From Octopus sinensis (Eukaryota): a DNA stretch of 64,000 nt. Below, piece by piece: positions 25,547 to 37,614 of the stretch. Location: positions 87,916,001 through 87,980,000 of the forward strand of contig NC_042997.1 in NCBI RefSeq assembly GCF_006345805.1. Direction: 5' to 3'. The notes below the pieces were generated by a model. The model worked only from the letters and a program-made list of their open reading frames with translations, did not search any database and was not told the DNA's origin. Numbering within the stretch: the first letter of the stretch is position 1; every line of letters starts with the position of its first letter. The translations under genes and the position numbers were made by a program.

Positions 25547-26380
25547 TATCATCGTTTAACATTCATTTTCCGTGCTAGCATGGGTTGGACGGTTCAACCG
25601 GGGTCTGGGAAGCCAGGGGCTGCACCAGGCTCCAGTCTGATCTGGCAGAGTTTCTACAGCTGGATGCCCTTCCTAACGCCAACCACTCCGCGAGTGTAGT
25701 GGGTGCTTTTTACGTGCCACCTGCACAGGTGCCAGGGGGGTCCGGCATCGGCCACGATCAGATGGTGCTTTTAACGTGCCACCGGCACAGGAGCCAGCCA
25801 AGGCGGGGCTGGCAACGGCCACGTTCGGATGGTACTTTTTATGTGCCACCGGCACAGATATCACAACCACTATTTCCATTGATATTTATTTCGATGTTCA
25901 TGTTCATGACTCAACAGGTCTCCTCAAGCACAGTGGGACATTCTGGAATCCAAGGTACTTTGAATGGGCAGGGGCTATGCGGAACGGGTCAGGAAGCAGC
26001 CCGGGTCTTTGCAGTCACAGCATATCTCCAGAGATCTCGGTCCTTCGCCATTGCCTCAGTGAGGCCCAACGCTCTGAGGTCATGCTTGACTACCTCATCC
26101 CATGTCTTCCTGGGTCTACTTCTCCCCCTGATATGTTCAACTGTTTGGGAGTGGCACTTCTTCACACATCTCTCCTCATCCATCCGCAGTACATGACCAT
26201 ACCATCGCAAGTGTCGCTCTTGCACATCACATCTGATGCTTCTTATGTCCAGCATTTCTCTCAGGGTGCTTAGACTCTGTCGTGCGTGCACACTGACATT
26301 ACACATCCAGCGGATCATGCTAGCTTCATTTCTTTCAAGTCTACGCATGTCCTCTGCAGTCACAGCCCATGTTTCACTCT
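25547..26380 (-). mobile_element. RTE-clade LINE, 5'-truncated
   Basis: SETWAVTAEDMRRLERNEASMIRWMC...LRWYGHVLRM...GRSRPRKTWDEVV. Same family as 17666-18900. Confidence 0.9.
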
Positions 26381-26532
26381 TATATTTGTATGTATATATA
26401 CACAAATATGTATATATACATACAAATATAGGAGAAGAAAATGGATATAATAAGAATGGGAAACACATGGTTTTTGCTGGTATGTTTTTAATTAAATAGA
26501 TAACAAACAAGGAGGAATCAGAGATGAGGGTA

Positions 26533-26583
26533 GCATTTACAATTGTTTCAATATACTAGTGTAAGTAAATCTCTTCAGAATGC
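26533..26583 (-). ncRNA. Minimal type-I hammerhead ribozyme, canonical core
   Basis: Minus strand: gcatt CTGAAGA gatttact-tacact-agtatatt GAAA caattg TA aatgc. Stem I 5 bp; stem II 8 bp with one mismatch and one G-U; palindromic ACAATTGT; GUA triplet. Confidence 0.75.
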
Positions 26584-26661
26584 GAATATAGATAGATGTA
26601 TTGGTTAGGATGCAAAAATAATTGATACATGTATATACATTTGTATATGTATATATATATC

Positions 26662-26782
26662 ACTGTGATCACCGTGACCGACCAGGCTATCAGATGTTGC
26701 TACACATTGCTGGTCACAATGCGTTTCGCATTGTTTTAGCCTTTAAATCACGCCACCCTGCTGGCTAAGTGAGCAGGCCAAT
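26662..26782 (-). mobile_element. SINE family B, 3' half
   Basis: Reverse complement of 9485-9603. Confidence 0.85.
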
Positions 26783-26951
26783 ATGTGTATATATATATAT
26801 ATATATTTGCATGTATAAATATATTTGTATATATATATTTGCATCTATATATATTCATATATATATATTCTTGTGTCTGGGGAGAGTCATTCTCTTTTAG
26901 TGCTTTATAATATAACACACTTACCGGTAAAATTTACACTGATCCATAAAC

Positions 26952-26994
<43 letters not shown>

Positions 26995-27099
26995 GTGGGT
27001 TCTCTTAGTTATTTGAATTCTTCTTAAGGAGTTGATTTCTGCCAGGCAAACAAAATTCCATTGCTTGAATTAATAAAACAAAATAATTGGGCACATTTT

Positions 27100-27900
27100 A
27101 GCAAAGTGAGCTCAGTATTATTTAGCTTGAATGAAATACTATTCTGGTTCCTGTCAGGTTTATCGAACAACATAAGCTATATTTCTTGTAGGACAACTAC
27201 AAGGGAAGTTTTCATTGAAGAACAAATCTGTACTATTTTGTTTGATTTGTTGAAGATCTTTGACAGAGTCCTAGATTTTTTAGCCTTTGTATGTGCATAG
27301 AAAGTATAGCAGAATGATTTGTGAAAGCCTTACAAGTATAGTTTGGATTTGTGCAGTTTCTATGTGGAACGTTGTGAATAATGAGGTGTTTTCCGGGATC
27401 TGTTTATTGTAACACTTTACGCTGAGATCTGGTGGTTCTCTTCTATGCTTGATGATCTGGTCCTCAAATTTGTTAATATATCATGAGAAATTTTCCTAAT
27501 CTTGGAAGCAAAGGCTTAAAGGTTAACATGACTAAAACCAAAATTCTTGTAACGATTTGCACAAAATCCTTGTGCCAAGCTGCCAGAGAACTGTAATTTC
27601 AGTTGTGATAAATGCACAAGAGTAATTAGTGATTGAGATACCATCCATATAAAAAGTCTCTTAACTCCTTAGACATGTCACTTGTGTACTTCATATTTTC
27701 TCTGTTACTTAGATAGCTTAATTAAAACTTGATGTGAATGCAGTAAAAACACATTGAAAGTATAAATGAGTAGTAGTTCAAAAGTTATTGCCACTGCTGT
27801 AAAAAAAAAAATACTCTCTCTGCATGAAATGTAAGTGCATGGTAGTAAGATATGAGTGTTGAATGTACAAAAAATCTAGAAATGCAGGAAATAAAAGACT
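27100..27900 (+). pseudogene. Highly decayed RTE reverse transcriptase
   Basis: ILFDLLKIFDRV (like FVDLEKAFDRV); KGLKVNMTKTKILV readable near 27510-27550. Confidence 0.6.
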
Positions 27901-28078
27901 AATTTTCTTATCCTAACATGTTAAAATGCTGATAATGTTGTTGTGCTTGTATGTATATATGTGTACACATACACACACTTATCTATAATGCACTTAAAAT
28001 TTGTTTTCCATTATTAATCAGAAAATTAGAGGCAGGTTTAAACTTGAAACTGCAAATAAATTACTATTATTATTATTA

Positions 28079-28127
<49 letters not shown>

Positions 28128-28653
28128 GTTAATCACTTTCTGTTAACTTCAAAAAGGGCAATGTTTAGTGATTTCTGTGGGCTGAAAGTTTGTCAGGAGT
28201 CAAAGTCCATCAAAGGCTGTCAGCTTAGTACTGGTAACAGAATTTTGCTGCTACTGATTATCTTCAAATGGACTGAAAACTTTAAAAATGTTGCACAAGA
28301 GTTACACATTAGTAAGGAGCCAGATGCTTATCAACATCCAGTGTTGTCATAATCCTGTTGAACTTATGATTGACTGTTGATGATGTAGCAAATATCTATG
28401 CAGATTATTCATAGGTTACCATACACAACAGACTTGACCATAGTTAATATCTAATGACAACTTCTTAATTGATGTTTCAAGTCCACATTTGTACTGTAAG
28501 TCACTAATGGGTGTCTACATTTAGTGATGCACACACAACTAATTTCCTGCTAACAGAAAAATATTTGTGCAGTGCAGATGATTAATAACTCACCCACCTT
28601 GTATATCATCATCATCATCATCATCATTTAGCGTCCATATATATATATATATG

Positions 28654-28997
28654 TGCATGCTGAAACACCCTTCGGTCATGACTGACCATGGGATTGCACC
28701 TAGAAAGTTATCCTCTTAGGCACAAGTCTGGGCAGGGTTGTTTATGGAAGACCAGCGGTTGTCCATGCTTACTGGCCTCCCCTCTCCACGCCACCAACAT
28801 TATTCAAGGGAAAGGCAAAGGCCAATACAGCTTGGCACCTGTGATGTCGCAACTCATTTCTACAGCTGAGTGAAGTGGAGCAACATGAAATAAAGTGTCT
28901 TGCTCAAGAACACAACATACAACCTGGTCCGGGATTCGACCTCACAACCTCACAATCATAAGCTCGACGCTCTAACCACTGAGCCATGTGCCTTCAC
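28654..28997 (-). mobile_element. tRNA-derived SINE sharing head and central domain with family C, but with a different tail
   Basis: Minus strand: gaaggcacatggctcagtggttagagcgtcg...ttgagcaagacactttatttca...cactcagctg, then a tail unrelated to 7925-8085. Confidence 0.8.
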
Positions 28998-30079
28998 ATA
29001 TATATATATATATATACATATATATATACATATATATATATCATTATCATAATGTGCACTTTTCTACGCTTGCATAAGTCCGATTAAATTCATTATGATA
29101 GATATTCTATGGTGGGATGCCCTTTCTGTCACCAACCTTTATCTGTTTCTAAGCAAGGTAATATTTCTGCATTACCTGACATGTTTTCGCAGAAGATTGC
29201 AACAAAATTACATTACTTTTATGATGATGACGTGAACACACATATGCATACATATCTTTAGATGGATAAATATGATTGTAAAGATAGATTTACACATACA
29301 TGTACAATGGGTTTCTTTCGGTCTCTGTCTACCAAATCTATTCACAAGGCTTTGGTCAGCCCGGTGCTCAAGTAGAACATATTTGCCTAAGGTCCTATGC
29401 AGTGTGGCTGAATTTAAAACCACCAATCAGTGACTTGAACAAGTAAAAGAATAGAAAAGAAGATAAATTTGATTATTTAACAAATTCCTTAAAATAACAA
29501 GCTAGCTTTCTGAAAACTGAGCCTATATCCATATTTCAGTTCCTGTGAAGTCATGATTTCACTACATAATTATACTAATAAAATATCTGGAAAAAGGCAT
29601 GAATATCACAAAAGTTTATTGCTTGTCATTGAAAAATCTGAAACATTAAAATCAATATTTTTGAACCTAAGCTATAACAATCTCTATGTTACTAAGTTGA
29701 AATAACATGGTAGTTTAGGTTGACATTGGATTATATCTTCTAATCAAATTAACGTTTATTTTAAATTGTTATATTAATGTGGTTTACTTTTCTTAAATTT
29801 ATATATATTTTTGTTTTACTTTTTCTATTTTACATTATATTCTTTTTTACCATCAGAGAATTATCAATAACTTGGCAATTTAGAGGAAGAAGTTAGGGAA
29901 AAATCAATTCATTGTTGATCTATTTCTAATATGTGTGTGTGTGCATGTGTGTATGTGTCTATATATACATATATATATCTAAAAATATGTATGTATGTGT
30001 ATATATTGTTAATTTATCATTCTCAAGACATTTGTGTCCAATAAAGAAACCAATATTATTATCATCATCATCATCACTG

Positions 30080-30120
<41 letters not shown>

Positions 30121-30828
30121 GTTATTACTATTATTCCTTGTAAAGGTGGTGGATTGACTATGCTAGTGAATTAACAGAATCATTTAAGCATCAGACAATA
30201 TGCCTTTCAGTATTTAGTTGCATCACATTATGTTTTGAGTTCAAATTTTGCCTAGGTTAACTTTGCCATTGATCCTCTCAGTATTGACAATATAGTATCA
30301 AATTAAGTTCTGAGTCAATAGTATTGATTAACTCTGTCACCTCAAAATTGCTGGACTTATGCCGAACTTAGAAGTGTATATTTTTTATCATCTATGTTTT
30401 TTATCGTATCTTCTATATGCTTCCACTCAGCTGGCAAAAATGAGTAGTTCCTGTATTTCAAAGGGCCAGCTTTGTCACACTCTGTGTCATACTGAATCTT
30501 CCTGTTAAGGTACATGTGCTTGTGGAGTGCTCAGCCACATCCACATTAATTTTACAAACAGGCTCTGAAATCCTCATTGTTGTAACCGATGGAGTGCCAG
30601 TATGTATTTCAATCATTGGACTGCACCAATGCGGGGCAACTGGTTTGATGGGTTTAGTCAAACAAATTGACCCCAATACCAATTATCATTTTTTTTTTAG
30701 CTTGTTATTTATTCTATCGGTCTCTTTTGCTGAACCACTAAGTTACAGGGTCATAAATAAACCGGCACCGGTTGTCAAGTGGCAGTCTTGGACAAACACA
30801 ATGCAAAAGTAAAAACACACACCCATAT

Positions 30829-30880
<52 letters not shown>

Positions 30881-30881
<1 letters not shown>

Positions 30882-31090
30882 ATACTTTTATTAAAGCTGC
30901 AAAATTATCATGAAAACTGTTACTCAAAGTTTCACTCACCCATTTGTCAGTTGTGACAACTGTCTGACAAATGCGAATGTGAAACTGAGTTATAGTTTTT
31001 GTGATAATTTTGCAGCTTTAGTAAAAGCATATTACTCTACCTTTGGTAGTTGAGTACTATTTTTAGCACCTTGTTTTGTATTTATGTACT
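30881..31090. mobile_element. Older palindromic element (arms meet near 30955) with decayed hammerhead scaffolds; probable inverted PLE pseudo-LTR pair
   Basis: 30881-31031 is an imperfect palindrome. Both arms read CTGACAA...GAAAct..gagTH followed by a stem I strand. It splits a SINE A copy (30605-30810 / 31095-31240). Confidence 0.6.
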
Positions 31091-31844
31091 CACCTATGTG
31101 TGTATACCAAACCCACTCAAGGCATTGATCAGTTCAGGGCAATATTAGAAGACACTTGTCCAAGGTGTCATGCAATAGGACTAAGCCTAAAACAAAACTG
31201 TTGGGCATCAAGCTTCTTAACTATATAGCCATGCCTACACCTATTCAGCAATTTTATGTGAATTTCTCCTTCACTACTTGGTGTACCTCTATGTTCCTGA
31301 GTTATGTATGCAACAGTGTCTGTTTAGAAGGTGGAATGGTGTTTGTTTCTTACATTTGCCTTGATTTCTTGAGGATCTTGTTTTGCTGTTTCTGCTGTTA
31401 ATATTATTTTGTCTGCCTTTTGTATGTAATATGAGTTGTGCATGTTGCGTTATTTTGTTGCTGTTCAGCCCCAGGTCAACCCTGCTGGAGCAGATCTATA
31501 ATCAAAAGCATTAAATCCATGACCATTTTATTTCTCTCTCAAGCTTCGCAAAATAGGATTACATTATGCAATGCATTCCTGCCTTTACAAGATGGCACAA
31601 TGTAATTCAAGTTAGATTTGTTCCTATTTCTATCAAGTCAGTAACCATATAGAGAGGTTCCTGTCTTGGATTGAAACAGTAATTTTATTTGTGTTATAAT
31701 ATCAGGTGTTATATTGTGCAAAAATGTTTTGCATAGGGTGTTGCTATGCCAAGTATCTTTATGCTTTACTTGTCTCAGTCATTGGTCTGTGGCTATGTTG
31801 GGGCACCATCTAGAAGGGTTTATTAAACAAAGTGACTCTCATAC

Positions 31845-32099
31845 CAGTGGCAGATGCAGGAATGTTGCCCTAGCTGCCTGGGTAACACCCTTTCTAGCCA
31901 AGCCAACACCAAAAATATTGGGACCAAGGTTTTATGAGCAACAGTCAAGGAAATGCAAGTCAACTCTTATGAGAATAGGAGTTGCCAGACCTACTAGGTG
32001 TTGCCCGACCTGCCCGCTAGAGTGTGCACGCTACCTCTGTTGATATTTTCAGATGTTTTTTGGCAACACTCAAAAAAAAAAATCCTGGATCCCCCTTCA
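31845..32099. mobile_element. Small non-autonomous DNA element nested in a SINE A copy
   Basis: Decayed TIRs cagtggcagatgcagg / cctggatcccccttca. SINE A sequence resumes after it, with tac repeated on both sides. Confidence 0.5.
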
Positions 32100-32949
32100 T
32101 ACTTATTTTTAAATGTAGTACTTATTCTATAGGTCTATTTACATCCCCATAACTGCTAAGTTATGGGGATGTAAACAAACCAATACTTGTTGCCAAGTGG
32201 TAGCAGTGGACAAACACAAACACACCTACACACATACACATATGTGTGACAGGCCTCTACACATTCTCCATCTACCAAATTCACTCACAGGACATTAGTT
32301 GGCTTGTGGTTGTGGTAGATGACACTTGTGCAGTTGGACTGAACCCAAAACCATATGGTTGCAAAACTAGCATCTTGACCACACATCCATACCTGCTACT
32401 GTGTATGGCTGCTTTACCAGATGTAATATGGTTTTTTAATATTTCTGTTCATATTCTTCTTTATCCTATCTAGTCCATTGATTATTATTATTATTATTGG
32501 TAACTGTTCTTACTTTTATATACCACATCCTGCTTAGTCTTTATTTCTAGACCCTTGTGCTTTGATAGTCTCTGACTTTTGTTTTTCTCGAGAGAATTGA
32601 AATGTTTATCAGCACATGGATTACTATTCTTTGATTATTATGTTATCCTATATAACATCCAAACATATCAAATTTACCTATTTCTCTGAAGAGTGAAAAA
32701 AATGATGAACAACTTATTGGGTCTTCCTCAGAAGTGTCAACATCATTTGACCAATCCCAGCGAAATAAGTATCCAATCTGTTTATATTTCCATCGAATCT
32801 AGTAGCTTCAGAGAATTGTAGCAAATAATTTGCGTACTACAAGTGTTTAACACTTTATTCAATATCAGAGTCTTGATATATCTAATGGGATCATGTTGAT
32901 CTCCTTGTCAGTTTAGTCAGGCATATCTAGATTTACCATAGTAAGGTCA

Positions 32950-33400
32950 TTGTCTTATACAATTTCCTCTCAGTTTTCATATTAAAGTATTGGCATACTG
33001 CCCAATGGACATAACTTCCAGCGGAGTTGTGTTGTGGTTTTATAGCACTTAGCTTATTTCATTTCCTTCTAATCTGTTATGCTTCTTGATTGAGCAGAAT
33101 ATTTTTGCTCTATATTTTCTCTCAGTATACTTGAACTCGTGTTGATATTGGTACGTAATTCAGTACTGTACTTTCTTCTTTCTTTATGGATGTCTCTCTC
33201 TAAAATGTCTTGATAATTTTTCATTTGCTTTGTTTTCCTAAAAGAAGCACTCACACATTTTGGGATGGCTTATCTGCCACTACTTTACTAATTTGTTTTG
33301 AGTTACTCTCTCTTTTATTTCCTGATGTCTTCTTTTTCCAATTGATCTTATATTTTCTGATTATTTAGAGTTCTTTCCCTATTTTTTTATTAGACTATTC
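32950..33400 (-). pseudogene. Decayed non-LTR fragment, possibly R4/Dong-like
   Basis: Minus strand near 33050-32990 reads YKPQHNSAGSYVHWAVCQYF, resembling the Y..RHN.V...IHW.LC motif of RLE-type elements. Confidence 0.4.
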
Positions 33401-36400
33401 TCTTTCCACTTCACTGAGTAAAGATAAGTCTTCCTTTTGTTTTTCTTTATCTATTTTATAAAGTACTATCAGAAAACCACCCAGAAGGCAATATATCTTC
33501 TGGTGGTGGTGGTAGTAGTAGTAGTATCCCATTCTACTAATGGCACAAGGGCCTGAAATTTTGGGGTACGTTGCTGGTCAATTACATTGACCCCAGTGCT
33601 TAACAGGTACTTATTTTATTGTCCCCAAAAGGAAAAAAGGCAAAGATGACCTTGGTGGAATTTAAACTCAGAATGTAAAGTTGGAAGAAATACTGTAAAG
33701 CATTTTGTCCAGCATATTAACAATTATGCCAACTTGTGACCTTAATGCCAATTTTTAGTGATAACTGCCCATCAGAGCATAATGCACTTGATAAGTTACT
33801 AACAGAGTGACAAGTAAAATTATAATATATTTTCTTTCAACTTTCTTTTTATCAATTTTAGCTGAAGGGCATCTTACTTTATTAGGATCAAGCCTGCTTT
33901 TTTTTTTTTTTTTTGATGCTTGGCATCAAACAGTATGATAATCACCAAAAAATTACTGTTTCAATCCAAGACAGGAACCTCTCTATATGGTTACTGATAG
34001 CTACTGAGTATCAGCATGTTGATATTCAGTTCCTTTCTTTAATATTTTACACTATGTTTGATGAAGAATTTCATCATTGGTTACAGATTTCCAATGGAAT
34101 AATCATTGATTCAATGCCTTTCTGATGGTGAGAATGACAAAGGAATGTTTGTGTAACTTGGCAGTGGTGATGGTGATGAGGCAGGGAACAAATATCACAC
34201 AAAATATTTTTTATTTGAAAAAGCTGGTTTAACAGTTTTCCCAATGTTGTTTACAACTTTCACTGATATACAACAGCAAAAGATATGCACCTAGACTTAT
34301 AAGATTTTCAGCTTCATTTTGGATTTTGTGTGTTCTTTTTCTTTTTACAATCATTCCTTATTTTGTCTTGCTATTTTCATTGTGTTTTGAGGGTGCTTTA
34401 TAGTATGTGGTTAGTGTTTGTTTTTGTTGTGCTATTTTCTTTCCTTTTTGGAGATTTGTGTTCTGTGTGTGGTAAATTCTATTGTGGCAAGTTATCTTAT
34501 TTCTATATGAGATCATTTGTTTTGTTATATCTTTAGCTTAGAATTATTTCTATGAGTTTTTCTGTTTAAGGTTTCTGGGATAATTTTATTGTTTAATATT
34601 AATTAATCCCTGCATACATTTACTAGTGTCTTTGTATGTTTGAATTATAGCTTTGTTTTATGGTCCACCTCATCTATGGTGCATCTGTTTGTATTAGTTG
34701 AAATACACACACACAGTATTGTTCTTTGTAATATCTATTTTATTTTGGTGAATGCTAGCAGTGCAAGACAATCCTTTTGTTGAGTGATAACTTTTGAGAG
34801 GATACAGCTTCTAATGCACACTTTGCATTAACTTACCCACCTTAAACTCACATTACAACATGCATCATAAATCCTGGACTGGTAGATATTGCTGATCTGT
34901 TTTAAATGACATTAGGTCATTTTGTTTTGTTTGTGTCCTATTGCTTATTTGTTTCTTATCATTACACTTTGTTGTATGATATTTAAACAATATATTTTGT
35001 ATATAATAATGACATGTAAGACATAAAGGAAACATCTGCTGTACTTATTGGGGATTTGCTTAGCATCTTCTTAGTTTGATACTTTTGATCTTGGGTTTTG
35101 TAATTGTTATAAGATTTATATCTGTTTTCATGACAAGTTGGGTTTCTACATCCATATTCTTATTTGATAAGAGCCAGTTCCTCCTCTTCCTCCTTCTCCT
35201 AGAAGTTGGGGGCTAACAATTGTTAGAGCATCAGACAAAATGCCTTGCAGTGTTTATTCCAGTTATTTTTTGAGTTCAACAGTCAACTCCTGCCAAGTTC
35301 AGGACTTGACCTTGGTCGATAAAATAAAGTACCAGTCAAGTAATGATGTCCAACATGCTATCAGTGGTACCAACTTAACAACATAATCATGTCAGTTCCC
35401 ATCATTATAAGTAATATTTTTCAGTAGTTTTATTATATTTAAATATAAAAAATCCAAATACTCAATGGGATTTGAACCATTTGCATTCTGAACTCAAATT
35501 CCATCATGGTCAGTTTTGCCTTTCATCCCTTGGAGTTGATAAAATAATGTGCTAATCATGTACTGGGGTCAATATTATTTACTAACCCCTTCCATTCAAA
35601 AACTGTTGGCCTTGTGCCTAAATTAGAAACCATTATTAAAAAGATGGTAGTAAACTGGCAGAATCCTTAAAGTGTTTGAAAAGTTAATGAGAAAGTTAGG
35701 CAAAATGGCTGTGTCTATCTGGTCACGGTGTGCACTACCCTGATCTGGAAGCCATCAAATCAGTCTTGTGGAACCCACTTCATGGTGATGTAAGAAGAGG
35801 AAAACATCATCACACATCGACAATTTGATCACAGACACTATCCTGGAATGTATCCAGAGCCTTGAAGTAGTGGTGTTGGACTGAGAAGTGTGGTAGGTGG
35901 ACTTTGTTGCTGTGACCTGGGTTGGAAACTGGCTATAAGGGAAAAAAAAATATTGTTCAGGTTCTTTAAGTTCTGTATTAAAATCTCACCAAGGTCAGTT
36001 TTACCTTGCATCCTTTCAGGATTGATAAAATACTAGTCAAGTACTGGGTTAATGTATTGACTACTCGCCTCCTCAAAAATTACTAACCTTGTGCTTGTCG
36101 GACAAAATACTTTGCAATATTTGTTGTGACTCTTTACATTCTGACTTCAAATTTCGCAGGGTGAACTTTTCCTTTTTATCCCTTCGGGGTTGATAAAATA
36201 AAGTACCTGTCAAGTGTTAGGGTCAATAGAATCGACTTACCCCTTCCCCAAATTTCAGGCCTTGTGCCTATATGAGAAAATTGTTGTTGTTGTTAATGAT
36301 GATAATAATAATAAGAAGAAGAAGAACAGTGAGCTAGCAAAATTGTCTGGGTTTCAGAATAAAGGAATAGTAGCATTTTTCTCAAATGTTTACATTCTAA

Positions 36401-36616
36401 GTTTCAAATTAAAGTACATCAAGTACTGTAATTAACATCCCTTCCTACCAGTTTTGAGACAGGTATTTGTATTGTGCAAATATTGCTAATGTCACATATG
36501 TGTAAGAGTTTTAAAAACATGTTTGAAACAGATAATTCCTCTACTCAAAGTAATGGGATAAACATCCATTTATTCTGAAGTGAACATTAACAAACATGCC
36601 TCTTAACTTAAATATA

Positions 36617-37480
36617 CGAGGTCTGATTAATAAGTATCCGGACTGTTGCCATTGTAACAAAGCTAAAGCACACAGTGAAGTTGCTTGGCACAGATTGACC
36701 TCGAACTCTGCTGTGCATGCACACTAAGTTTTAACATTCTAGCTCACTTCCACTGTTTACAGCAGGGCTTCAAAGAAAGGTGTGTAGCATGTGATCATTG
36801 CATTGACCATGACAGAGAAAGTTGTCGTGGCAATACCTGCTCAGAGGCTAATGGAAAGTTGCAGAAAGTGTATGGAGAGAAGTGTATGAACCACACACAA
36901 GTGTACAAGTGGCTCAGACGTTTCCAAGATGGCCAAAAAAATGTTGATATTGACAGACATTCTGGGAGACCTGCAACCAGTAGAACTGAGAAAAACATTG
37001 CAGACATGCATGTATCTCTGAGATGAAAATCATCAAATCACAATCCGTGTGTTATCAGAGGATGTGCAGATTAGTTACGGTTCAGTTCAGACCATTATCA
37101 CTGAAGATTTGGGTATGAGATGTTTGTACCAAAACTGCTTTCAGCTGAGCAAAGAGACACTTGGGTTTCAGTTGCATGAGATCTTCTTGATTGTGTTGAG
37201 AATGATGAAAACTTTGCATAGGCCTCTGAGCAAGTATTGCCAAGCTTTTGGTAAAATTTGATGCAGATTTTCTTTTCAACTTTCTTTGTCATGGTCAATG
37301 TGACAATCACATGGTACACACCTTCCTTCCAAGCACTGCTGTAAAAAGTGAGCTAGAACATTAAAACTTAGTGCACATGCACAGCAGAGTTCAAGGTCAA
37401 TCTGTGTCCAGCAGCTTTACTCTGTGTGCTTTAGCTTTGTTACTACAGCAACAGCCTGGATACTTATAGATCACACCATG
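36617..37480. mobile_element. Non-autonomous mariner derivative whose two ends are both the 5' end
   Basis: TA at 36615-16 and 37481-82. Arms 36617-36860 and 37210-37480 are inverted copies that include the transposase ATG. The middle encodes VYGEKCMNHTQVYKWLRRFQDG...RHSGRP...ISYGSVQTIITEDLGMR. Confidence 0.88.
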
Positions 37481-37614
37481 TACTCATACACTAAACTATT
37501 TATTAAACATTCTTAGATACAACTGCAAAAAAAAGGGGGAAAAGAAAAATAATTTAAATAATTTCAATTAAAAATAATCTAATTAAAAACATGCAAAAGT
37601 GCATCTCCCTATCA

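Noticed and set aside
14509-25562. Dozens of 60-150 aa ORFs rich in YI/IY/VC/HT
   Set aside because: They are translations of (TA)n, (TG)n and (CA)n tracts, which lack stop codons in some frames. Not genes.
33860-34320. Coding-like composition suggesting a terminal exon
   Set aside because: Minus strand gives a WKTVKP.FS.K-like remnant typical of old LINE ORF2; stops occur in all frames.
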